From NCBI RefSeq assembly GCF_964355755.1, contig NC_092670.1, positions 18,710,795 through 18,774,794 of the forward strand: a stretch of 64,000 nt of DNA, read 5' to 3'. Below the pieces are notes generated by a model. It made no database searches, was not told the DNA's origin, and was given only the letters and a program-made list of their open reading frames with translations. Source of the stretch: Antedon mediterranea. Lineage: Eukaryota > Animalia > Echinodermata. Each line of letters starts with the position of its first letter. The stretch's first letter is position 1. A program made the position numbers and the translations under genes. This document shows positions 1-12,900 of the stretch, piece by piece.

Positions 1-42
1 TCTTATTCAGGGGACACTCTTATTCAGGGGACACTCTTATTC
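1..42. repeat. 17-bp tandem repeat (tcttattcaggggacac), probably internal to a MITE
   Basis: About 2.5 copies seen directly; related caggggacac / tgtcccc motifs at 38343-38570. Confidence 0.6.
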
Positions 43-791
43 ACTTTTGTTATAACACTATGGGCAACCTCTATTCCTGGAAACATTTGTTAGGTCCTGA
101 AAGTGTCCACCTAATTTATGTCCACTTCTATATTTATACAATCCAGAGAAATAAATGCATTGTTTTATTGATTGATTATTTTTAATAATGATGAAGGGAG
201 AGAATGAAGCAATGTGATTTTGATTTACTTACTTAGCAAACTATAGTTTTTAATTTATAGGAAAAGCTTCATATTTTTAAGTGGAAACTGAATGAGGCAA
301 TAACACTTTAATTTAATATATTTTGAAGATTTCTGTTGGCATTATGAATACTTGAATAAAGTTAATTGATTAAATATTGTTTGATTAGTTCACAGTTAAA
401 AATGTATTGTATATGTTGTTGTATATGCCTTAAGAAATATCTTAGAATTTCCTTCTCATATTATTTACCCATCCGCTTAAAAAGTTAATACTATTTTTGT
501 TCATATAGTAGTAGTAGTACAGTACTGTATATTCTAATCTACTATAGAGGGCAGCTTCCTAATTTATTTTTTGTTTGCAACTTTACACAAATGATATAGT
601 CAGTTACTAATAAATATCTGTTTTTCTAATTTTTCTATATATTTTCAAATTCTATTGTATCAAAATAATTCCAGTATTTTAATTTAAATTAATTCTTTCA
701 GATTTGATGCTGTACTATATTTCTTATATTAACAACTATTGATTTAATGTTATTTATTAAAAAAAACCCAAATGTTTTTTTGATTTTGCAG

Positions 792-943
792 CCGGCAACC
801 ATACCCCAAGGTCACATTGACATGTATACCTGTGTTAATATCAACAATTCAGACTCCATAACCAGACAACTCTACTCATTGGCCATCAAGACAACAGAAG
901 AGGTTATATACATCCGAGCAGAGACGAGGGAGGAGAAGGAGAG
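792..943 (+). CDS. MPRIP: MPRIP-like exon, PH domain 1
   Basis: ttttgcag|CCG ... AG|gtaaag; PATIPQGHIDMYTCVNINNSDSITRQLYSLAIKTTEEVIYIRAETREEKE. Confidence 0.9.
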
Positions 944-3900
944 GTAAAGTAGACATTGATGTTAATTTAATAAATATTTGGTTTTTTTTCACAATTGGTG
1001 AGAAATGTAAATTGGGGAATAATCTGCGACTTGTAGCCTTCTGTGCTGAATTGCGCACATGTGTGGACGACACATACCACAACTTTCTACTCCCTAAGGG
1101 TCCACATGTCAAGTGCTGCCACCAAACGGCACTTGTTTGTCTGTCCAATATGACAGGGCATGAATGGACCAGTACACCGGGGTAATGGTAATGCTGATAA
1201 TACCTAATATATTTGACAATGTGGTTGACATGTTTCCTTATTGATACCAGGGTACTTGGTCCAAGTCCTGTAAAACTCCAAAAGATTTTTCTGATGCCCA
1301 AAACATTTCCACTACCAAATGAAACTTGGTTTTGCTTACTAATAGTAATACCAGGGTACTTGGTTCAAATCCTGTAAAAGTCCAAAAATTTTTCTGATGC
1401 CCAAAACATCTCCACTAACTAAGCATCAAATGAAACTTGGTTTGAAAGCATAGGTTTTCTAGTAATTGGCAAGTCATGAATTTTCTTCTGAAAGTTATTG
1501 TTATGGAATAAATTAAAAAAATAAAACATATACAGTCGACCTTCTCATTTACACACTTCTCAATTACGAACCTTCTATTTTACGAACGCCGTTCGAACGA
1601 TGACGTCATCAGTAATATAATAAAACTTTTACGTACCTACTAATTTATTATCTTCTTAATTTATTAAACTACCCCAAAACAATTATTTCATAAATAAAGC
1701 AAAGCTTATTAAAAACGATCCACGATTTATTTATAGTTTAAAAGTTGTCTATTCTTAGGCCGTTAGCTAGGCCGTTTAGCTAGGCCTAGGCCGTTTAGTC
1801 TAGGCTTAAGCTAGAGATCATCATCCCCACTGCTGGAGTGCATGGAGAGCACCCTGCACGTGTTTTTGAAAAAAACAAAAGTTGATCGCGAACTGCAAAA
1901 AAGGCTAGCTACGATGACCATACTATCAATTTAGTTTGGTTTGTGCATGTGTTTACGATATAAAAAAACACTTGACTCTTATTTATTAACATTTTAAAAC
2001 TTTAATGTCAGTCGTCGCGTAGCCATTTTTCTGGGAATTCCATTTTACTTGCATAGTTGTCAAACACCACACATACATAGTAGCTTAAAAATGTAAATAT
2101 TTGCGGTCCAGAACGGATTTTATATTATTACTTTAGGAACAAGTTCGTAAATTACAGTTTGTGTCAAAATATGCATAATAAAAAGTAAACGATTGAATTT
2201 TGGTACAGAGAATGTGTGTAACATAACAAAAAGCAGAAATATCAATCTTTTTGGCATTTAAGGTGTTAATTTACATGTTAAATTTTATTGTTTTATACTG
2301 TATTAATATTTTTAATACTGTTTGTTCTTTATAGTGTACTATACACAGTAAGTTTTACATAGGGCATTTTGTTTGGACATGTTTTTACCACTGATTTAAT
2401 AGAGGGCGCTTTTTTCCGAACCTTCTCATTTACGAACGCCTCTCAGACCAAGGGGTACGTAAATGAGAAGGTCGACTGTATTTATTTATGTTTTGCAGTT
2501 GGTTGGAAATACTGAGTGAGTATCCGAAGATTAATGAGGAGAATGCGAGACAAAACAAGAAAAGGAAGCCTGTGTATCCCATGATAACCGATGATCTGGT
2601 AAAGAAATACTAATAATTCATAATTCTAACTATAGTATAATTTAATATATGCAATCATATTGTTTTATGCACGTAGCAAAATCAATATGTTGATATAGAG
2701 TTTTCGGTACACCACTTATGTCATTCTGAAAATTGCTCAACATATCTATCAATATGCTTCAATCCTCCACAGGGATTGAGAATGCATTCTTTTTGGAACT
2801 ACACATACGTACATATTTATAACTTGACCGTCTGATAAGGATACAACCTACATTTCCTATAGGATTAAAAGCATAAAATAATCTATGAACATTTTTGTTA
2901 TTGTAATGCTCATTTTCGCCATAATGGATGTCCATAGAATCCATAATTTTGGTCATCAAAAACAAAAAGCCCATTCTCCGTACTTTAGCTAATTTCATTT
3001 GTTTGATTGTATCATATATTTTGTTCTATTGGTTAAATAGATGTTATCAAATCAATTTATAGTTTAATTTGAATCATATATAACTGTATGCTTTATCATA
3101 AACAATACTTTTTTCTTGCATATTATTAGAAGGATACAAATAAAGAAAGCGAAAAAAGTCAAGATGGAATAAAACAACCGCTAAAGAAAACTGAAAGCGA
3201 CTTTAATAAAAAGAAAAATGAACAACCAACAAAGGACATCAGTCGTTCCATAAGCTGTCCTCCAGGAAATCAGGACACCAATCAGGAAAAGTCGTTCTCC
3301 GAAGAGATTCAGAAGGTGAAGGATGAGAACCACAACCGGAGTTGGAGCGACGGGTTTGGAAAGACAAGCATCGAAATGGATGTGGAGAAATGGCTGAATA
3401 AGAGAGAAGGCTCATTAAGGTATAATTTATGTTACTCAACGACATATTCATGCTTAGTTATTTACCTAGCGAAGTTGGTGATCTACTCACCAAAGTTAGC
3501 CCATAGTATGTTCCCACTTGGTTCCCACTTGAGATTCAACGCAAGGACATAGACACAATACAAGCTAGTTGATTAAGACTAGCAAAAATATAAATAATCG
3601 CTTCTCATTGGCCAACTCACTCGCCTTGCGTCTACGTCCTTGTGTTGCATCTCTAGTGAGCTTAAAGACCCCTTCCCTACATTTTTTAGATCTAATTTAA
3701 GGTCACAAACTACATTTAATGTAAAAATAAATATTATATGGTCCAATTGAGATAACTTTTTTGTCTTTAAACGGTTAGAAATGTGAAAAATAAGTCGATT
3801 CTAGTAATTTTAGCAGGCCGCTATAAATCCCAAAATGCATTGCGCGCGGATTGATATTTTTGTTTTTCTTCTGTAATTCACTCACTTTTCAATCAATCGT

Positions 3901-6900
3901 GAGGCCAAAACAAAGGGAATACCGGGTTTTCCCTAATTTGTATCAACAGAGTCTGGCAAAAATAGAAAGACAATTAATGCAGCAACTATACAACGTTAGG
4001 CTAGGTGTATAGCTAGCGTACGATGTTTGTACTTTACCGATGTTTACCAGCTAGGCCTACAAAACTAAACCTAGCTAGGCTAGGCCTAAAGACCGTCCAC
4101 GAGAGGTCATTCGTCGCGAGGTAGTGCATTGTTTCTCGCTTTTTATCATAATTTACCATAAAATGTACATTTAAGACAAGGAATGACCTGGTTTAATGTT
4201 TTTAAAGTAATATATATGTATTATTTTTACAAAACGTCACATATTGTAGGGAAGGGGTCTTTAAGCAGTTTAAATTTTCATAGATGTAGCTACAAATAGG
4301 TTGTATAGCTTGTACAATAAAAAGTTCAACAGTACTAGGAAGTTTATTGTTTGTGTGGGTGGTATATAGGTAATTAAGCTAGGTGAATGCCCTTAAAATA
4401 TTCTTTAGATTAGGTAAAAGAACCTTAGCCTGAGTGATCTCACTTATCTCCTATCTCAACTACTGTTCATTGTTCTTCTTCTCATCATCCAAATGGCAGA
4501 ACTAATTACACACACATTTTTTTTCTGAACTAACTTTGATAAATTCATCTGTTTAAAAATATGTGGCTGATTAGGTATTTGATTTTGAAAGGGAAAAGTA
4601 TATAAATAGTTATAAATAAAATAGAAAGAATAAACTGAATATTTTTCCTTTGCTTTCAGTAGGTCTGTTGCAAGTATAGACTTTGATGGATTTAGTTCCT
4701 CAGATATTGATACGGATGATGACCAATGCTTTAGAAATGACACGTATCGATCTGGAAGCTCTCGACAGAGCTCGTTATCATCACCTTCACCTCGTCAGGA
4801 ATCGAAAAAGAACAACGATGCTGTCTCACGGATGAAGAAACGTAGTGGAAAATCAACTAACTTAAGTAGATCTGCTTCTGCAAGACATGTACGTGCTGAA
4901 CCTCTGGTAGAAGAAACTGGTACTAAACTAAGCAGGTCATGCTCTGCTAAGAATGTACCGAAGGAGAAAGTTACCACGTCCACACCAATACGGTCATCCG
5001 ATACGTGCCTTCATCGGAATAATAATAACGTGAACGATTATGCTCAGAGTAGTAGATTAACAAGACGAAGTAACTGCAAGGATAGTGGTTCTGGTAGCCC
5101 TAGGAATGTCAGTCCGATCCAGGATTCTCCGGTTAGAGACTCGCCTGATTCTGATTCTATCATGCGAAGAGATCATGATACGCAGCGACGCAACTCATTA
5201 AAATTAATTGAGCAGGGCGCGGAGGATTCAAACATCACTATATCAACAGAAGAGCTAGATCGGATCGATGCTTCAAGTAAAAGCAAGTTTAAGTTCAACA
5301 AATCATTGTTGGATGGAGAGTCGCCATCTCCTAGCAGACGGACAATAGAACGACGTCGCCATGCTCAAGAACGCAAAGGTCGCCACACGCTTGATGGCAG
5401 TCTTCATGTACAGCTTCATGGCGAACCCAAAGAGGTAAGAGTACATTTGTTTAATATGTCAAATATTATGTACACATGCTCATCAGTTTGTAAAAATATA
5501 ATGTACAGTCATGTACAGAATTTGCCCCTTCGAGTACCAAGTTAATGTGAACCCAAGGATCAAAATTTAGTAAATTTGGTAAGGTGTTATAACAATCAAA
5601 ACTGATAAATTCAAAATATAATTGACACAGCAGGTAAACTTCTCATGCTTTGCTAATATTGATGTACTGCCCTCTATCATAAAATGAAGTTATGAGCTAG
5701 TATTTCAGGCAGGAAGTAGCGGCCGGCCTACTTAAGAATATTTGATATGCCACACTTGTATGCGTGTATCAAGAAAGAATACAAGCGAAAAGAATTATGC
5801 GTATGATGACGCCCTCTATTTCAAGATGAAATAAATTGGCCTATTGAATGGTTCTGACAGTGCCAGGTCTGAATATTTGTCAGAGCAGGGAAGAGTGTTA
5901 TGGTCAAAGTAAGCGAGACTGTTATACATATGATGCCGCCCTCTATTTCATGATGATAAATGAGATGCGTCATAACTGCTTCAGTAATGGTAAATATTGA
6001 GGGCACTAGTCAAGTGCAATATAATTTCAAAAGATAATCAGTTGATTTCCTTTTATTCTTGTGGCTTTATAATTAGCTACACCCTTTCCTTTATACCATC
6101 AAGAGAGAAGGTAGAAACTGTTTTCCTGTTTTATATTTACCTCAAAATTGTTTAAATCTATTCTGCTATCTAGTAGTTTCTGTTGGTAAGTTGAATTTGG
6201 CACAAACTCATTTTGGATGAAAACATTGCCGACAATGTTACCTTGCGTGTTGACGTACCTTTGTGATTCGTTGACCGACTTCCTTCCCATTAAGTTTTTT
6301 GTCGCTACTGCAATACCAGCACAACTTGTGAACGCGTTTTTAGTTTACAATTTCCTCGCAGCTAAATCAATAATTGGTTAGCTTATTATTAGATAATTAT
6401 ATTATTTAGATTTTTTTTTTTTGAAAATGGAATTACATTTTCACGTTGAATAAGCAGTCCTTTGAGAGTTGATTTGATCTCTCAGTTGTGTGTTTCACTT
6501 TGATTCCCACGATTTCTCATTGTGATCTGAAAAGCAGGAAAGGGTTATTTTATTTTTACCAACTTACTTTTTCTGTAAATATGTTTTGAATTAACTTTTA
6601 AGACATGATTTTTATTTTGTGGTCAAGATTTTTTTTTAATCTTGAGAAAGTGAATAAAAAGTAAACTGTCTGTCTCTATGAGAAAAATTGTATATACAGT
6701 CTGTGTACCATGAATTTGTAAAGTTACAAGGTTTTTTTTAATACTGTATATGGTTTTATAATTATGCTCCCCGTTTTATGGCTGCTTCAATCCGGATATA
6801 TTTCGTACCCCTGAGACTTTTTTTAATATCAAAATTGGTAGTACAGTAATTTTAGATAAAATACTTTGCAATAGGCTGCCAAAGGTAAGATCACAAAAAG

Positions 6901-9900
6901 CTTATATTAAAATCTTCAAATCTTCAAAATCAATATAGGATGAAATTTGAATTGTTAAATTATTTCGCTCAGTGTTTTCAAGCGCTTAATTTATTTTAAT
7001 ATATTTTCAAATCTTGATTGGTTTGCGCCTCCTGGTACTTGCTGTCCACACTGTCAACACTAACATCCTCTCACGAAAAAAACTTAGAATTAGCTGACTT
7101 AAAGGTCAAACAAACGATGTGCTAAGACTAAGAATCATACTCAACTCAAAGTGAAAGTAGTGTTTATCAGTCCAGTATTGTTAAAAAAAATTCTACTTAC
7201 CGGGCCAGGATGTATTCATTTACTGTTGAATTCATTAAGCCTGTGTTAGCTGGTACACCTTTTAGGCTCACTGTAGGTGTGAATGTTACTAGCACCCTTG
7301 GTGTCAGCCCACTTGGTACTGTACTTACACATACTGGTAAATGTGCTTTTTTTGTTTGGGCTTAGATTTTTATTTTAAACAAAAATTTTATTCTATAGCA
7401 TCAGTTCAATACCCAGGAACCATTTTTAGGAAATATTCACAAAACCATTGGCATTAATTATTCAATCAATCCATAGCTAGCTACGGTAATATACTGGTCA
7501 AGCTTGTTGAATAGATTAGAATACATCAGTGTATAGTCAGAATATAAAAATATAGAATAGATGAAGAAAGCTAAACAAAAAGATCTTTGTTTATAGCATA
7601 CTCATTAAAAATGTCTTAACAAGTTCAATTGACCAGAATGCATCGTTTATGTTACGCAATAGTAGTCATTTGAGCTTTGCGCTTTGTTTTGTACCTCCAG
7701 TAGAATCGCACTACAGTACAATAGTTTTTTACCAGAAACCTTAAGAGTGTCCGCTATCGGGAGTGTTGACTGTATTATTGATGAATTTACTGAGTGGGTG
7801 ACTTCTATTGGGCATCACTTTCAATCTATCTTACAAAGTCCAAAGAAGTTTGAATTTGTCCATAAGGTATAAACAAGGAGTACAGTATAGTACCCTGCTA
7901 CCAGACCTTGTTTGCGAGGACATGAATGCATGGCAGCCCAAGATGATTGACAGCTGAAATATACTGATTGACAGATGATAACTGACAAGGAGGATCAAAC
8001 ATTGATGCATCAGCTACTCCAGGTACTCAACAAGGAAACCAAAAACTGATGTAATATGTATGTAATATAGATGAAACAGGAAAAATAACACATAATGCAC
8101 AGACTAGACTTGTGCCTGTTGGCTGTGGATGATGCAGTGTACCCCTTAGGGTGACTTTAAAGACACCAGGGTGATGCAGTATACCCCTTAGGGTGGCTTT
8201 AGAACATGAGGGTGACGCAGTCTAACCCTGAGGGTGCCAATGGAACCCTGAAAGTTAAAAGATTAGGGAAGAGTTTACCACACCCATGGTTTTAAGAGTT
8301 AGGTTTGATGGCCGAGATTGAAAGGAAGAACGTAATGTCTGCTGGTATTGAATAAGAAGTATAAAATATTGATTTGATTGACATAAGATACTTAATAATG
8401 ACTCCAAAACCACTCAACCAAGAAATAACTTGTTTATCAAAAGATGATATTGAACTTGTCAATGTCAGTCCAACTTCTTACTTTTTTTTTAACTTGATGT
8501 GTTGTTTGCAAAAAAAGAAAGAAATTAGCCTTCACCTTTTAATTATTATCTGCATGATTTGAATTTACAAGTTGAATTAATTAAATTCAGCCTGCAGACA
8601 AGTTTTTACATTTGTATTCTGTCACTTAAAATTAGCATGTAGATAAAAAGATTTTGTAGTCTTAGTTAAAATTAGCCTTCTAGCTTGATATTGACTAATT
8701 TAGTTTTATTTAGTAACAAAATAGATTAGTTTTAAGTCTGGCCAGTGTTGATTGTATATTTGAGCACTGTCTTAAATTCTTAGTTTATTCTGTTTTTATA
8801 AGCATTGATCTCCAAAGTGGTTTAGTAGTATTATTACCTTTTCAACTTTGATTATTAGACAAATTTAATTTTAAAGTTTGTAAACTGTTTTAATTGTTTA
8901 ACACTACGAAAGTCATGTATGTTCTATGGTCTTTTAAAGTTTTAAAACCACTTTCCATATAATCTACAATACTTGTTGACTCTATTTAACATTACATGTC
9001 TATTTAACCTAGTCTATTTAACCTTTCCACTTAATAAACTTTCTATCTGTAAGGAAACGTTTTATTTCTATGAAATACACCTGTTAGGAACGTATGGTTT
9101 TGGTTGTGATGGTAATACGCGTGGACACGGTTGTATCCACGTAGATGTAATTTCCACGGTAATTGCTGGAATGTATGTGAAAACTAGAAAAGAAAATCGA
9201 ACTTAAGATTGTTTTGTTTTTGCCGAGAACTTCCGATGATCACCTCTGAGTCATGTGTTATCCCCCTCCCCGAAGAATGGACAAGAAAGGGAATGAAGTA
9301 AAAAAGAAAGGAAAACTGGGACATATCTCGCGGATGGTTCTAATATCTGATGGATTAAATAGATGTGAGCAAATGCTCGATTTTAGAAAGAATTGAAAAC
9401 AGGAAATCGAGTGAAAACTCCCTCGGCAACGAGTGCAACTTGAAGCAAAAATGGAAAACATGTGCGATAGGTGTATGATAAAGTGTGTGGTAGCGGTGTT
9501 GTGATTTGGAACGTACCTGAAATTTGATACCTGCCCTGCCAACATTCATTTTTTATTTTTACTTTTATTTATTTATTTTTTTATTTTATTCAATCGAAAC
9601 CAACAGCGATAATTACCGACACTAACAGGTTTGATACAAACAAAGCCAGGACTGTTTAAAGCACCTTGATTGATTGATTAAGGGCTTCTCTCGTCCAGTG
9701 TCCACCTTGACCAGAGGAAAGGCATGGGCCAATATTTCTGAGGCAGATACTAGATGCAGGGGATTTCAAATGCCTAACGGGACCAAAGCTTCGTATAAAG
9801 CACCCGCTATTCCAGATGGTCTCCCATCCAAGCTCTAACCAGGCCCAAAGTTGCTTTACTTCGGTGATCTGACAAGAACCGGTGTTTCAACGTGGTAAAG

Positions 9901-12900
9901 CCGGTATTATATACTATATTTTTACATAATAGTAAATACTAAGATTATAAATTTGACAGCCATAAGGAATCCCAAACCACCCAGTGGTATATATACAGTA
10001 AATTAATCAATTATTTATTTATTTGATGATGACTTTTAACCAAAGCTAAGAAGGAAAGAGTTGAGTATTTCACTTCGGGACGACTGAGGACCAACGACCA
10101 ACCTAGGTCAGGTCAACCTCGACCTAGAAATCATCAAACCTATGTCGAGGTGAGGAGCGGATACGCGTCCGAATGCACTAGTATGACATAGTTTGGTCGT
10201 CAATCGAAAGTTTCCAAAATAATTCCTATATACTGCTCTCTGGCTTGTAATCCAGTCTCCCCAAAATGAATTTCTTTATCTTATGGATCATACAGTATAC
10301 ATTTTTAAAGATTTATCATTTTCTAAATATGGTAGATTAAATATTGATGGAAACAAAATTGCAAAATCATAATAGTGGATATTCATAATTCTCCCAAGAG
10401 GCAGAGTTTTATACTTGCTTTGTAATTCTTGTTTACTAAATACACACACAGAGGCAATGGGAATTAGGTCAGACAAGTCAATACAATGCAAGTCCATCTA
10501 ACTCGAGAATGGAAGGAAGGATATAAGAAAGAGAAAGACATGTTGTGTCAGGGCCTAAAAGTGTTTGTCACCTGTAGGAAGGGGAGTTTACTTTTGTCCC
10601 GTGGGGAGCACTTTGATTTGGCGACTATTTTGCGGATTTTTTTTTTTGTAAAAGGTGTTATTGTTGCACGGAAGTTAACCGATGACTGTAAAATTAATTT
10701 TATCTAAGCAAAATTATATTAAATGTAAAAAATATAGGTCTAATTTTTATTTTTGTCGATAATTTTGTTTTTACCTGTGAGGAAAGGGAAATGACAGATG
10801 ACAAACCCCTTGGGGAGACCCTTTTGTTGCAAATTGCACAGGGGTGATATTACAGAATCACTGAAATATAAATCTGTTTCTTTTCATTCATTTTACAAAT
10901 TTTATTAACTAGTAGTAAAGACCTGCATTAAAAAATTTCCAACTTTACTAATAAATTTAAGAATCTTTTAATCTTTAAAAAAAATTGTTTAATTTATTTC
11001 ACCACATCTATGAACAAATCTTGCAATGGAAGCTCTCTTCATGTCTCTTGATGAGAGTGTAGGAGTGTGTTTAAGTTGTTTGTATCCAAGTTTTTGGTAC
11101 TGTATCATTCTAACATACGCACAGTTTTGATTTGACACCAAAATTTAGTTCATACATGGTCCAAAATAGGAGTTACCATGATGTTCATGTTCCAATATAG
11201 GTGTCATTTTAAAATTCAAGATGCCGGCCAAAATATGTTGGGGAAAATGCGATTGATGATATTCTACTAGTCCTAAGGATTGTAAATCTGCCAAGAACTC
11301 AATTTTCAGAGCATTAAAATCTCACGTAATTCATATTTGCAACATTAAGTTACCCCCACTAAATAGCCTTGTACATCCTGTACACATTGTTTATTTTGTC
11401 CATATTTTACCATGTCCACTGATGGTGATGGTAATGTTTACCTTTTCCTAAACTGTGTCCTCATAAAAAGATATTCATCCTGAAGTAGGGCGTTGCCCCA
11501 CTGGAGTATTTTATCCCCACCGTCCATTTAACTATATAAATAATATTTTTGTATTTAAACCGATCAGTTCAACAATAATTGTGTTGTCTTTGACTTGTGT
11601 TGTTTAGGGAATTGGTTTATTGCCTATTAATAAACAATATCTATTAAATGTTAAATTTAGCAACAAGTTGTAGTAACTGTCTGTAAACTTTCTCTGAAAT
11701 AGAAGTCCACGCCATCTTCATCCAATTGTACTTAGATCAATTATATTAATACCGTCTGGTTTAAATACATATTTTTGTTTCGTGTATTGTTATATTCTAT
11801 GAAGCATCCTCCCGAGTGGATACCTAGTAGGTTGAAGTGGGAGTTGCTTTGGTACGACATCACTTAACACCTGATAGGTCAGTGATAAAAATCCCAACGG
11901 TATTTCATAACTGATAAGACAAAATACCGCCCAATCAAATCATAGCGTAGGATTTGTTTTAATACCATTGTTGGCTCGTACGCCCTTCATTGCTTGGAAG
12001 GAAAGCCTCTTCCTTACACAGGCTAGTTTACTCACTCTTTACACAGAACTACTGTCTTGGATATCGTCTGTCCTAGTCTAAAGTTTCTTGTGGATGTTGT
12101 TGATTGGCTGGATTTCATCACATGACTATGCTATGATTGGTTATGATCTGATATACAGTTAGCCTTCAATGGAAAATCTGTAGGTAGTGAAATTTTTCGA
12201 TTCATTTTTTTTTTCTGAAAATGTCTTAATTTAAATGTTTTAAATAATATTTTAATTGATGTAATTGTTTACTTTGCTGTAATGATGATATTATTTAATT
12301 GGTAAGTTCAATTATATTTTTATTATCATTTTGTTAACTGTTTTTGTTTGTTTTGAGAAACCTAATGTGATGTGTCTGACATTATTTTCAATATGTCGTC
12401 TTTTTGTTGTAGTTAATCAGGGAAAAATTTCATTTCGAAATTCTGTTTAGCAATAATGCCAATCAAACTGATTTTTGATTCGAGAAACATAGTTTTGTAT
12501 TGTATTTTTGTACAAATGTGTAGCAAAAAGGTTGTTTTGTATAGCTTTTTGCTATGCTACACTGGCGAAATTATTCCCTGTTAATGCACCCGTAATCTAG
12601 AATGAAGTTTATTAAAAGACGAAAGTTAGAAAATATACTACCTCATATTATTTTAAAAATTCTATTTTCAATCATACTACCTTATAGTTGTATGGTAAAT
12701 TTGTATTTTAGTACTACTAGGAATATTCTCCAGATGTAATTTAGCTAATTTCAGCCTCAAAAGTAATCTTTCTGTGCATGTAACTAATGTCAAGTATATA
12801 AACATCAATCACAATACTGTACATACTGTTTGTAAAATTTTAGTCATATAAGACTTAAGAGTTACAAAATATATTATTTTTGTTCTTTTGTATATTGTAT

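Noticed and set aside
9795-9908. Functional 5S rRNA gene
   Set aside because: Diverged, ends do not pair properly, solitary, and fused to a body and A-rich tail
10030-10185. Possible Helitron/Helentron 3' end (cggatacgcgtccg hairpin plus CTAGT)
   Set aside because: No clear 5' terminus and no second copy in the window
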